DNA of 64,000 nucleotides from the NCBI GenBank assembly GCA_051294375.1, contig CM119267.1, positions 23,251,486 through 23,315,485 on the forward strand. The letters run 5' to 3'. Position 1 is the stretch's first letter. Every line of letters starts with the position of its first letter. The notes below the pieces were generated by a model. The model saw only the letters and a list, made by a program, of their open reading frames with translations. It was not told where the DNA came from and made no database searches. The translations under genes and the position numbers were made by a program. Of this stretch, positions 1 through 12,762 are shown one piece after another. This DNA is from Paraspadella gotoi. Lineage: Eukaryota > Animalia > Chaetognatha.

Positions 1-3000
1 GTTTCGCGAAGATCAGACCCACCATAAATGCCTTGAGGAGAAAGTTGAAAGACATCGTATTATAATTACTTGTGACGCAGAGACAGATCACGCTTAATTT
101 GCTTCCCAACCTACTTATGATCATTTTTACTTCACTGGTCGCCATATTTGATTCATAATCTTTTAGCTATAGTTGTTGGTTGGTACTCGGTGACCTAAGG
201 TACTGTCTCCATGAGTGTTAACCGCCCACAAGAAGGGCAATAGGGTCAGGAAAAGAAGAAATCTGACAAAAAGTCCAGAAAAATGCTTACAAAAAATTTT
301 AGTAGCGTTATGTTAAAAGCCTTGGTTACCTTACGAATATACATAATAAGCTTTAACAATAGATATTCATTATCTACAGAAAAAGAGCAATATTTCAGAC
401 CCATTATTAAATAATTTTTTATTTGGGAATAGTACAAAAAATGCAAATGAATTATGCTACTAGAATTACAAAATAATTTTTTTCTTTTTATCTATTTTGA
501 ACTTGTTCATTGTAATAGACCCATCATCATAACAGCAAAGATTTTTCAAAAGATTTTTCAAAAGAGCAATGATAAATTTGGCTGCTTAATATGCAAGAAT
601 AATATGCTTAATTAATTTTTAATTATTGAAGAGATAGAATAATTTAATTTTCGTAAAAAACATTTTTGTGTTCAGAATTTTAGATCTAGACTATAACCAA
701 AATTTTGAATTTTGAAAAATATCAGATTCAAGGCATTCAATTTTGGAACAATCTGATGTTTTTCGTTTTTTTGATATCTTTATTTTTTATGCAAAACTAA
801 AATTCTGAATGACCATTGGTCAAGTCGAATATTTTTTTCCAAATCTTTAAAGAAGTAAAGCTTTGCTCAAATTCAGAATATTAGATGTTTTATATAAAAA
901 AATGATAAAAGATTATAATAAAATAAAATTAAAAAAATATATGTTTGTATTTGTATCTATTTAAAATTGTAAATAGATAAACATTAAACAAGCGTGGGTC
1001 AAGCTTTTTGTTTCCAGTTAAAAATAATGAAAAATGATTATTTTTTTCACAGACAAAAAGGTAGACAACCAAACTGTTTATATCAAACTGAAAATAACTT
1101 TTTAATTTATAATTTTATATATTTTAAAATAACATTTTATTATGCTACTATAAGTATTTTTGGTTGTTTTTATTTTAACTAAAAAATACATGCAAATTTA
1201 TAGAGTATAAGAGCTTTATTGGTAATCAAAATGTAATTCAGTCTTTCCTTTTTCCAAATCCGAAAGAATAACAAAAAAATTAATATCCCTTCATTAAAAT
1301 TTTAACTCCAAAAAATGTTATACTTTTAACTAGGTTTTAAACAAATCCTGTCTTAACATTTTTGGATAAAATTTATAGAAACTAGTTCAGAAATGTGCCC
1401 TATGATTAGGGCTTTAATTTGATACCTTGCCCACCATCCTATCTCTTTTCTTTCAAAAGTTATGCAAAAAAATAACTTTTTTTATCATCGGAGAACTAAG
1501 GATTTGAACTCCGCAGTACAAATCTTTGTTAAATAAAAAATTTCGGCAAAGCGGGAGTATCTCAATTTATCCTATTTGTATTATACCTAAATTTCAAATA
1601 AAAAACTAAAGAAAAATTTTTTTATCATTAGACATATCACTTTCAGTTGTACCCATCGTCTTACTCATTTATGGCTTATGGTTTAAGAATTCAGAGAAAC
1701 AAAGTATCTCGTCCAAATTTCAACTTTTACACTGTATTTTACTGTATCATTCAAGCCGAATCATATTTTGCATATATTTTTCCAGCATAACTGTCAGGAA
1801 GGGATGGCTTATTAGTACAAATGGTCAGACAAAGTAAATTCAATGACCGATAATTTTTTTTTCATGCACATGAAATTAAGCGTGATCTGTCTCTGCGTCT
1901 TGTATTATTTTGGTTAATCATTTTACAGAATGTAAAGACCTGAATCATGACGCCTAGTGCCGATTGGATCATCATTATCACAATAGCTTCTGGGCATTCC
2001 TCTGCAAATGAAAAAAAAAAAAGGCTTATAAGTTCTTCATGGGCGACCGGATTTTTAAAGTCACAGCAATTTCTTTCTCCCTCATCTACCATTAGTAAAT
2101 TGCCCATTCAAACCTGTTGTATGGCGAGAACCGTAACCGATTGTATGCTGAGTTTCGATGGAAAATAAAAATGCTGATGTGAATGAATATATTTCCATCA
2201 CGCACGGCTTCCAGCCTTCTCTGCCATAATTTTCGAGATCGTTGTGAAGCCAGCATATGAGATACCATATAGTGCCGAACACCAACCAGCTAAAATAGTT
2301 ATGATTATCGAGATTTTAAGAAGCCTTAAAGCAATTACATTTTATTTCTATATTTATTAAAGAACCTCATTCGCGAGACCTCACCTCACCACGAAGCTCG
2401 CAAAAAAAATGAAGAAACTCCAGCGCCACCGGATGTCGATGAGCGTGGTGAAGATGTCGGCCAAATACCGACGCCGTCTCTCCTGGATGTTACAATGAGA
2501 CACGTTGCACTCCCCGTTCTTGAAGACAAGCCGCTTCATGTCCTTCTTCATCTTCCTGATTTTCCCCGCGGGCGAAGCCGAGTCGATCGATGTCACAGTG
2601 TTATCATTGTTGAAGCTACGGTAGGCGTTGGCGGAGCCGCCGAGAACGACGACTGAATCAGGGTCTTCCTCGAAGTGGGCGACAACGCCGCCGCCACCCC
2701 GGCCGACGCCGTCCGTTGCGGGAGATGACGGAGCACTTGGCCGGGTAGCCGGCGCCCAGCCCGTCGGGGTAGTGGGCGCCACTGTCGTCTCGGGCAGAGT
2801 CGTGGTAGTCGGCGATTGCCGGCCCGGCGGCCGACCATTCCGACCGCCCACGTCGGCGACAGGATTGTACTTTGGCTCCACGACGTAACCCATGTTGATT
2901 GAGGAGTCGCTGGGGCGCGGCGACGACGACGCTGCGCCAAAATCCACGCCGATAGACGAGGAGCCGTTGAGACGCAGCGAGTTTGGGCGCTCGACGGTGA

Positions 3001-4161
3001 GTTTAATGCCTCCCACGCGGCACCGACCGTTCGGTCGTTCCCGCGCGGGGGTGCGTGCGTCGGGCGACGAAACTTCCGGCGTCCGAACTCGAGGCGTACG
3101 GTTTTCTGGCGTCCGAACAACAGTTGATTGATTATCAGGCGTCCGGACTTGAGGCGAGCGAATTTCCGGCGTTCGAATTTGAGGCGTCCGAAGTTCCGGC
3201 GTCCGCGATGGAGAGTAAAGGTAGAACTGGGGAGTTTCCTCGTTGGGAGTCGGTTGTGGCGATGGCGTCGTCGGGCTGATGGAGTTGTTCTGGAGGGGGG
3301 GTGTTTTCGAAGGTTTGGGGGAGAAGAGGACGAAAAAAGGGGGAAATGAAGAAAATAAATGGTTGTCGATGTTGCTTAAGGGGCGTCGCTTTATTTTGAC
3401 TATGTTTATTTCGAATTCCCCCGCCGTTCTCCAAGTTTTCTTCTCTCCCAGGATTCCCTGCTTTGTTTTTCTTTTCAGCATCGACTCTCGATCTTTAGCG
3501 GCAGAGATACAGCTTTTTTTCCGATTGGTTTAATGGGCTACAACGTTTTAAGATGGATCGGCAACGCGTCTAATCATTCCTCGAGCTCTTTGGCCCTTTA
3601 CGGGCGGTCTTATTTATAGCGGCTTAAGAGAGAGGTCATTCTCTCTCGTACGTAATCGAAGCATTTGATTTAAGACTTCAATTTGGCAAATTTTACTTGG
3701 AGAGAATTTTTCTTTAAATATTTTCAAAAATTGGTGCTTAAAAAAAAATTCAAAAAAACCCCCAAGAGGTCCAAAGAGAAAGAGAGCGGCAAGATGATGA
3801 GTAGAAATTTATTTTCAAGCAACCATCGATCTTTTTTTTTCGATGATGATTGATGATGATGCTGCTAATGATGATGATGATGCTGCTAATGATGAAACCG
3901 CTTTGCAAAAATCTCTCCTACCTGTTAGCAGTTGAACCCCATTCAACCTTCGGTCTTGGGCTCAGACCATTTTCTATCCCTTTTTATCTTTGATGTTGAT
4001 AAAACAATTTCACATTGCAGCTCCCAAACACTTCCGGGCCGCGATTCGTTTAAACTCCTAATTTTCTCTCTCAGAGACGAGAAACTTCTTCCTACCTGTA
4101 GGAGTTGCTGGTGCGAAACGCTGTTTTGAAGTATGCGCTTCTTTAAAGCAGGATGCTGCAT
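1..4161 (-). CDS. Inward-rectifier K+ channel (Kir2-like), 3' part outside window
   Basis: Exons 4161-4096, 3289-2385, 2289-2114, 2001-1940 and 31-1 join in frame with GT-AG ends. Motifs: [46 protein letters not shown] (selectivity filter), [16 protein letters not shown]. The first exon is less certain than the rest. Confidence 0.92.
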
Positions 4162-7100
4162 CTTTGGACCAGCCTTAAAATTGTTTTAAGGTGATAAAGG
4201 AATGAGTGAATGCGACTGAATTTGGTACTACTAATAATAAATAAATAAATAATAATAATAATTTTATACTGGTAATTAACGTCAATCTGTTTTATTGGCT
4301 GATTTTAATAATTTTACCCTCTTTTGAAAATTCTAACTGATCGAACATCGTGCGCTATTTCCGACTCTATAAATATTCCCACTTTTATCAGCTCATGTTT
4401 CCTTTACCCACCTTTCAAGGAAATATCAATAAGAGCATTATCAAAGTCGAATGAGAGTCCATGAGTCTTTGGTCTTTCTCCCGACCCGCGGATGGGGCCC
4501 GGTCGAAAATAAGTTTCTCGGCAATCCGTCACATTACCTCGTTTATCGTTTTAAACGAAATCTGGCAATTATAACTTTGACGTGAGCTGATAAAAAACGA
4601 GCGACCCCGGTGAAGATGGGAGATGGTCGTCGCATCCTTCCTCTCTCTCTCTCTATCTTTGTGCGAGGGTGAGATGGTGAGAACGGGAGCAGAGAATTTG
4701 TGGGTATGATTTAGAGAAAAAACTACGTGTCGGAGAGAAAGAGAAAGCGAGTGGGTTACGCGAAGAAGTCTGGCGCGGATACTTTTTCGTTGCGAAAGAG
4801 AGAGTGAGAGAGATTTTTTTTTTTTTGCGTGTGTTTTACTCTTTTTTTTTTTTTTGAACATTCATCGTTCACTCGGAAAAAGTTCATGGGCCCATCGGCG
4901 ATTTTTTTCTGTGGAGAGAGAAGGGTGAGGGTGAAGATATTAAAGAGAGTTTTAGCAATTCTCATCGCCTTTTCATATTCTTTTTTCGAAATTTTAAATT
5001 GTGGTTTATTGTGCGACTTTGTACCTACTAATTTTGAAAGCCTTTTTTATGTCTTTAGCCTTAGCTCAATCACTCTCCCCTGTTCAACGTGTTTGGGTCT
5101 TTTCTCTCTTTTGAATCTTCGATGAGTCAATCTCCTTCTCTTTCAATCTCTTTTGACCAGGTAAAAAGTTAGGAGGAAAACAGACAGAAAAAAACCACAA
5201 AGAGAAAAAGACACGCCCCTTTTTTTTGTTCCGAGAAGGCGAAAATTTACGTCATTTGTTTCCAAGCTGAAATTTTTTCTTTCTTTTTACTTCAGTTGAT
5301 ATTCTGAGGTGGAATGATTTTTTTTTCTTAGTCCCGATACCTGATGACCTTCGTGGTTGGTTGTTGTTGTTGTTGCGGTGGTCTAATTTCCAGTTTTTTT
5401 CGCATGTCTAAAGAATCGGTTAAACTTTATATAAATTTATAATAAACTCTTACATAAGTCTAAAGTCAGGGGCAAGATAGCTTATTTATTAAAAGAATGG
5501 ATAATTTTTATATTTCATAACGTTAATAATTTTTCTTAGAATTTAGTATTTAAAGCGGAATTATTTTAATTAATTATTAATTACATAATATTTAAGTGCA
5601 TTGTCATTGCTATTTGACCATACAAAAAGGTAAAGTTAGATTTCGAGTTCGGATAAATATTTTTTTTCGTAGTCGATGGACGTTGACGGATGAAAAACGT
5701 TTTGTTATTGGATCCAATCGTTCGATCATGAAAATCAACCCTTAAAATCTTTTATTATTTCAAAACTGTTAAAAATATTTTGAGCTCTGCCCCTGGGCAA
5801 ATTGTTGTTGTATGAAAATTGAAAACGAAAACTTTTTCTTTTTATGATTTAGTCATCGCAGTTCCGGATTTTAATTTTTTCATTGAAATATTTTGGAATA
5901 TTCTTCCGGTTGAATTCACAAATTGAAATGATTTTTTTAATTTTTCGGAGAAATGAATGCGAAAATTTTTTTTAAGAAAAGGGGGCCGGTACGGCACACG
6001 AGCCGACTGTGCTTTGACCTTCCTTTTGGTAGTAGGTTAGGACCAACGACGGGCCGAAAAAGCGGCCAAATGTCGTGCCTTTGGTTCCGACCTCCACGAA
6101 CGAAAAGAAAAAAAAAGATTTTGGTCATTGGCTTCTGAAAATCTTGGGATGGAAAGGGAAAGATTCGTTTGTATTGGAATAAATAAATATAGTTATGGTA
6201 AATAACCCTTCGATTCTATTGGCTATGAAATTGTTACAACCAATATGTTTAAGTTGTCCCTAGCGTATTACCAGCTTAAGCTCGCGGGCAAACTTGATCA
6301 ATTCTTTTTTGAAAAACCAACAATGTGGGCCCAACATAAAAAGTTTTCTGTATTTTAGGTGTGCCTCTCTAGTGCTTGTCGTCCGTTATATTAAGTTGCA
6401 TGTATGGGTTTTCAAACCTTAAATATTTTCCCCCAACTCCAAGCAACAAATGCAGGCGTTGACCTAGGCAAAACGGTACTTCTTTGAGAGACCATCTGTC
6501 TACCTTCAGCGCGAGAATGAGGACCTGCTCGCATCCCGAAGTCCCGTGATTGAACTGTCGCCTCATGTGAACGGAATTGCTTGACTTTTTGTCTCCTGAT
6601 ATTTTCTTTTTTCTGAATTATTTCTAACTTTTTCGCTTTACTTAGTTTACTTTATATGAATTTTTTTCAACCATTCCCGTAATTATTTGTTTGCTTTCTT
6701 TTTTTCTTTCAGAAAAAAAACTATGGGTTAATGATAAGACAAGATTTGACGCTTGTCGGAGTTTTCAAGTTTTGTAAAGCAAGAAAATCCTACTAAAAAT
6801 TCTGTCTTTGATTTCGTGCGTCGACGGCTTCTAATGAGTTTGCGGACGCAAAGAAAAAGAAACGGCGCGTCTTTTTCAGGTCTGTCAACAACCTGAGCTG
6901 AGCAAAATATTGATTGCTTATATTTTTAAGCAAAATATTGATAGTTTATTTTTTTAAACACTTTAAACACTTTTTAACACTTTAACAATACTACATTAAT
7001 GTAAATGAAAAGACAGGCAAGAATTAAGAAATATCGATTGATTTCTCTTTGCGAGACGAAAAAACGGTCGATGCAGAAAAACGGCGAGGAGGGGCGACGT

Positions 7101-7292
7101 GCGAAGAAACGTGGTGAAGATAAGGTTGACAGAAAATGCAAGATAAGGGGATTAGTTATGGGATTATCTTGGGAATGTCAAGTTTTTTTATATGTGTTGG
7201 GCGGTAAAAGAAAACGGAGTGGAAGCGGAAAAAACAATGACGTTCGAAAGCCAACTCATCGATTCGCTCCGTGTGACGAATTTTATATATAC

Positions 7293-7294
<2 letters not shown>

Positions 7295-7352
<58 letters not shown>
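7295..7352. repeat. (GA)n microsatellite
   Basis: Uninterrupted GA dinucleotide run. Confidence 0.95.
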
Positions 7353-7356
<4 letters not shown>

Positions 7357-8089
7357 AATAAAGAGAAACGTGTGCGACGTCTTCTTTTGAAAAAAAAATT
7401 TGAAAAAAAACTTGTCAACGAGTAGGGAAAAGCGGAATTATTTGCCAAACGAAACTAAGGGATGCCAGATCTTTTTACGGAAAAAGGAAAAAAAAAGACT
7501 TCTCAATCTCATCTCATGTTGGAACGCGCATGGACTACCGAGATAAATTTTACTTTAGTTTGTTTCCATTTTTAAAAGCTGAGATGCTCATTTCAATATT
7601 TCGTGGATTTTTTAATGTGAAATTAAGGTTATTAGTTTTATTTTCTATGAATAATTTATCCACAAATGGTTTCCTTTGTTCAAATCTTCGACGTGAGATT
7701 CTGAGGGAATTTTCAGATACAAATTACTTTTGGGAATTTCAAAATTCGAATAGCTCTCTCTCCAATTTGCGTTACAGGATCTTTAATTCTTAATAGAAGA
7801 AAAACTTCATAATTAAATTTTTTTTTCTTTAAGGCTTCTTTCATCACTGGTTGCCAATTTTGTGAAATTATTAACTTTTGATTTTTAATAGTTTTAAATT
7901 TGTTTTTATTCCGTTCTTTATATTCAGTATTGTAAAAAAAATCCAAAAAATTTGTCGTTTATACTTAATTCAATTCTTTCAGCCACCGTCGTTCTTGCGC
8001 ACAGAATTTTACGAAACTAACTGCGTCGTTAAATTGATTCTTGAAATACAAACAAACTCGTCCGAGACGAAAACAAACAAAGTTTTTCG

Positions 8090-9090
8090 GTGCCGAATGA
8101 ACGAGAGAGGGAGGAAGCCATCGAGTCGAGTGCGGCGCGTTAAGTCGTCGTCGCCGCCGCCGCCACCGCGCCGTCACCGCCTTCGCGGCGATCGGCGAAG
8201 AGGAGGAAATCGTTTCTCCGCTCGCGAAGGCGCGAGGATCCGGGCGTAGCGAATTCGAGCCTAGCGACCGAGTGAGACGCATTAAGGACGTCGATGGGGG
8301 GGAGCGGGAAGGAAAGGGGTGCCACGGTCCGTACCACGGAGCCTGAAAGAGGTTGGGGTTGAATAGTGGAGAAAAAGAAAAAAAAATGCAGTAAAAAAAA
8401 ATCAACCGAAGCTCATTTGAGGAGATATGAGATTACTTCTAGCTGAAGAAATGCACAAGTGAGATAATTTTGAATTAGTCAAAAGCGATTTTGATAGACG
8501 TCGTAATCCAACTCGAGACGGTGTTCTCAGTTCGAGATTGTCAAAATTTTCTTTAAAATCTATGTACGACTGTATGTATACGTAGGATAAGAATTAATAA
8601 GAATTTATTTTTTTATTTTTTTATTTCAAAGTCATCGTAGAATAATTTATTTTTCTTAGGTAATCTAGTTTAATCGCTTACGTTTTTCTTTATTTTAAAA
8701 AAAATATTTTTTGAGAGATTTCTACAAAAACTATTTTCTTATAAATGATTGTCGTCCAATTCATCCTGCAATTAAGCAATGTTGAGAAAAATCATCTTAT
8801 AAACTTAAAAAATCATCTTATAAACTTAACTCATGAGGAAGAAGAAAAAATATATTCCCTCGAAAAAAAAGAAGAAAACTCAAGCATCGTAACTTGTTAC
8901 GAGGATCTTTGTATACTTCTAGGACCCATTATTACTTTCCAAACTACGGTTTTTCGCGGCGAGTCTTACCTTCTGTGCTTTAACCGCCGGCCCAGTTACC
9001 CCGCGCAAAATCCTTCGTCCAGGGACCTTTTTCGTCCTCGGGGTTTAGTGCGTGAAAGGGAGGGGGGTATGAGACGAGGACGTTAGGCCA
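8090..9090 (-). other. Probable upstream (5' UTR or non-coding) exons of the Kir transcription unit
   Basis: Strong minus-strand donor GAAG|GTAAGA at 8970/8969 and pyrimidine-rich acceptor TTTCAG| at 8343/8342, flanking GC-rich blocks. No recognisable protein. Confidence 0.35.
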
Positions 9091-11170
9091 TCGTCGAATG
9101 TAAAACTGTGATAATGATGATAACTGATATTTACGAAGGGGGTTTGAAATGGGGAGAAAAGGAGGGTGAGGGAAAAAATATTCCTTGGCTAATTTTACGT
9201 TTGAAGTTGCAGGAAACGCCGCATTTTTCGACCTTGAATAGAAATTTTACAACCTCGTTTTTCGGAATTTCAGGCAGAAAGGTTTTAAAGGCGGAGAGTT
9301 CTTTTGGAAGAAGTTTCTGCTATGGTAGTTTGTACTTTTTTCTTACAGTTGCTATTTTTCTGTCGCTCAATTGCGTTTTTGGACTCCGTTTTTTGATTGC
9401 GAAATATTGAACGAAGTAAAAGTTTTATTTTTAAGTATCTGACTTTATGTACGCATCAGAAGTTTCGTCTCATTGCATTACTTTTTCTTAACTCTACCAT
9501 GGTCAAAGAGAACTATATTTGACCTCCCCAAAAAATCTTTTGGTTCATCGAAGCTGAAAATGAGAGTACTACTACTTGGAGATTCATTGTAACTGCCGAG
9601 TAATTTGAGTCCCTGAGTGAAAAACCAAGGACGAGAGAGAGAGTGAGAGAGAGAGAGAGAAAGAAAGAATCGCCTACATCAGAAGCCGGAAATAGAACGA
9701 GTCGTCGACAAGGGCAAAGGAAAATTCGAAAGAAGAATGAAGATCGGAGACAAAGAGGCGCAGACAGAGAGTGAGACAGAAAGACAGAGAGAGAAAAAAG
9801 GTGGGCTTGCGGGACCAACTCATCGTAAAAGCCGTCCGGGGTTAATTTGAAAGGTTGGACAGAATCTCGTCCGCCGTTCCGATTTAATCATGATTTTGAT
9901 ACTAACTCGATCATTGAACTGTATTTATACGTACAAACTATACAACTCGCGATACAAACTCCTCAATCTAAGTCCCCGCCGTGGGCGAGAAAATGTAGAC
10001 GGACGAATATTGATAGAAAGCGCGGGTCGTTTTCTCCTCTTCTCTCGACCCGCGGGGGTCATCTCCATTTTCGAGTCCGACGCCTCCGTCTGACCCTTTA
10101 TCAGGCTTCCATCCGAGTTGCCCGATTCGTGACAAGCCAAACGATACCCGCCTGTTCCGGGGGATTGCTACACTAAATAATTGGACCCACCTTAGTTTGA
10201 TTCCATTGAATAATGATTACAATGTCGCTTAACTGTTTTGTATCACTTGTTGGGTTCCATATTTCCGCCTGACCAGAAAGATAAATGGCGATCAATATTT
10301 TGTCCGTTTCACACTCTCTTAACGGAATTTGCTGTGAACAAAACACGGTACTCTCGGTAGTAAGATGAAACAAATGAGATCGCAATATCTGCGCTCTGCG
10401 TTCAAGTGGGTACAAATTCGTTGCAAACTTGTCGAATGGCCATAGATTTCACTCGTAACTCTTTTATATTTTTTATATTTATATCGTAGCGACGGTTTAG
10501 CTTAAGAGCCGTTTTAGTCTCAGGTCGTTATAGTTACGACCTTTCCAGTGTCAACGGCGCGCTCGTTTATAATTTTTTTATTTTTTTATCGGAGCGTCAG
10601 TCTTTTGGATGTAATGGGTGACCTCGCTTCTCTCTTCGTTTCCTTCTCATTCTTCTTTCTTTTAATATAAATATCCCGTTATCTTTGTCCTTAAAGTTGA
10701 GGCTCAACGCCGACTGGTCATTGGCCGCAATTTCGTTCTATTTTCGATTGCGAAAGCGTTGACATCGCGTCCAATTCTTTTTATCTACCTTGACGTTGTA
10801 ATTCTATGTATTTAAAAATTCAATTGTGACAATTTGAGACCCGCGGCGAGAAAAACCTTTAAATATTTTGTTTTCATTTTTATTAAGTACTGCTTTTTAA
10901 TGATTTTTTAAACTTTTTAACTGATTTTTTTTTCATTTTTTAGTACTGCTTTTTTTAAAACTAAAATCGTTATATTATTTATCACTTTTGATTTGCCTTG
11001 GCAATGAGCAGGAAAGATAACTTTAATTATATAAAATAGTATTAATATTATTATCCATTAAAAATATAAATAGAATATATTTACAAATGCTTTAATAATT
11101 AATTTGGACTTTCTAGCCTTAGTTTTATTAGATTAATCAAAATTGAGATATCTTTTGAATATAAAATAAA

Positions 11171-11470
11171 GGGTGTGGATAAGGCGCTCAGTGGGCTGAA
11201 GATGACTATCCGTAACTTCTATAACCCCCTTTAGTAGCCATGGAACGGGTCCTGGGCTTGGAACCAGGCTTGAGGGGTTGCCACGCCCCCAAGGCGGCTT
11301 ACGGCCGTCCTCACGCTTCCCGCAGGGTAGGTACCAGGTTGGGATTGAACCCGGTACCTAGTGGTCATGAGCTGATGGCTTTACTCAATGAGCCACCGGG
11401 TCAGGACTGAAGGTGTCATGCTTATAGGCGGGGTGAACCTAGGCAATGCCCGACTACAAGGGTAGATTTA
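11171..11470 (-). mobile_element. tRNA-derived SINE-like interspersed repeat, copy 1
   Basis: Minus strand has A-box-like TGGCTCATTGAG and B box GGTTCAATCCC (11351-11341) in a degenerate cloverleaf with a CAT anticodon loop. 11324-11448 aligns by eye with 62711-62830. Confidence 0.7.
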
Positions 11471-12762
11471 GTAATATTAAAACATTTTACATAATTAGTG
11501 ATTTTAAATTAGATTCTTTAATAAAATAAGCTATATATTTTAAAGGATAGATTTTAAGTTAAAGATATTTTAAGTTCTATTATTTTCACTAAACTTAAAC
11601 CGGTTATGTAAACATATATATAATATATATATATATATTCAAGATGCTGACTTAATCGGATTAACGACACTGGGAAGAAATTCTATCTCAAAGCTGATTC
11701 GCGGAACCAAGGAAAATCAGAAAATTACGATGCGCGAAAATTAGCACAGACTCAGCGGTTTTACGTTTTCGCTATATTTTGCTTAATGTTAATGTTAATG
11801 TTAAAAATGATTATATTTTTGAAATCTGCTCAATTATGCCTTTCGCTTAATATATTGATTATAATTTTTTTTCCTAATGAATATTTATATTTTGTACAAT
11901 GTACATCTGAACAAACAAACGGATCAGAGCCAGAGAAAACAACAACAATAAGGTTTGCATGCTTTCGATTGGTACGTATATTTTTTTATGTTCCAAAAAA
12001 ATTTCGTTTGTTTGTTTTTAAAAAAAAAAAGTTATTCTTTTTACGATAATAAACGCCCTACCAACAAAAAAAACTTTTTCTTAAAACTGTAAATAAATAT
12101 GATGTATAAAAAAATATATATATTATTCTTTTAAGGGCTATTAGAAAATATAAATAATAATATTTTTTTATTTAAATAGAGTCTTTGGGGGAGATACAAG
12201 TGCATTTATTTTTTGCCAATATTTCAATTCACATAGTGGAATCATTTTTCAAGGAAGTTTAGTTACAAGTGATTCAGATCAAAGATCAAAAATCAAAAAG
12301 CATAGATCAAAGCATAAGATAATGATAATATTTGATTGATTTCCCCGCAAGCAGCATAATTTAAATTGTATATATCTAAAATCATATATCAAAACCTTAA
12401 AATTAAATGGTTTTCATAAATTTGATTGCGAAATGTGCAAATGCCAGAGTACAGTATTCTGTAGAGTTGTGGTCAGTGAATCGTGAATGACTCTGGCCGC
12501 CGATCACTCGTGTTCCTTTGTTTTCATTTTCTTTCCTTTCGTTTGTCTTTGACATTTTGGCTTCGCCCAGATGTCGCTGCCTCTCGAGTCACACTTCCGC
12601 CTTTTTCTCGAAATGGCTTCCACGAGATTCCTCGCTTGAATCCCTTTGTCGCCCTCTTGGAAACTCGACCATTGTTTTTCTCGGTCCACCTCGTCTCCTC
12701 GAATCTCGCGGCGATCGAGCCTTCCACCGCCTCGTCATTCCTCTTCCCTCGCTCTTTCCGCC

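Noticed and set aside
3290-3481. ORF-track N-terminus of the Kir channel (MLKRKTK...FSSFPPFF)
   Set aside because: Reads as an intron polypyrimidine tract ending in CTCCAG at 3290. Exon 4161-4096 joins in phase.
5040-6580. Scattered + strand exon-like pieces (e.g. VGCCCCCGG, RYFFERPSVYLQ)
   Set aside because: Could not build a consistent spliced ORF or recognise a family
8786-8829. 21-bp tandem duplication and other short repeats as a CRISPR-like array
   Set aside because: Two adjacent copies without spacers in eukaryotic DNA. This is simple slippage.
11325-11400. Functional tRNA-Met gene
   Set aside because: The anticodon stem does not pair and the sequence is part of a dispersed repeat
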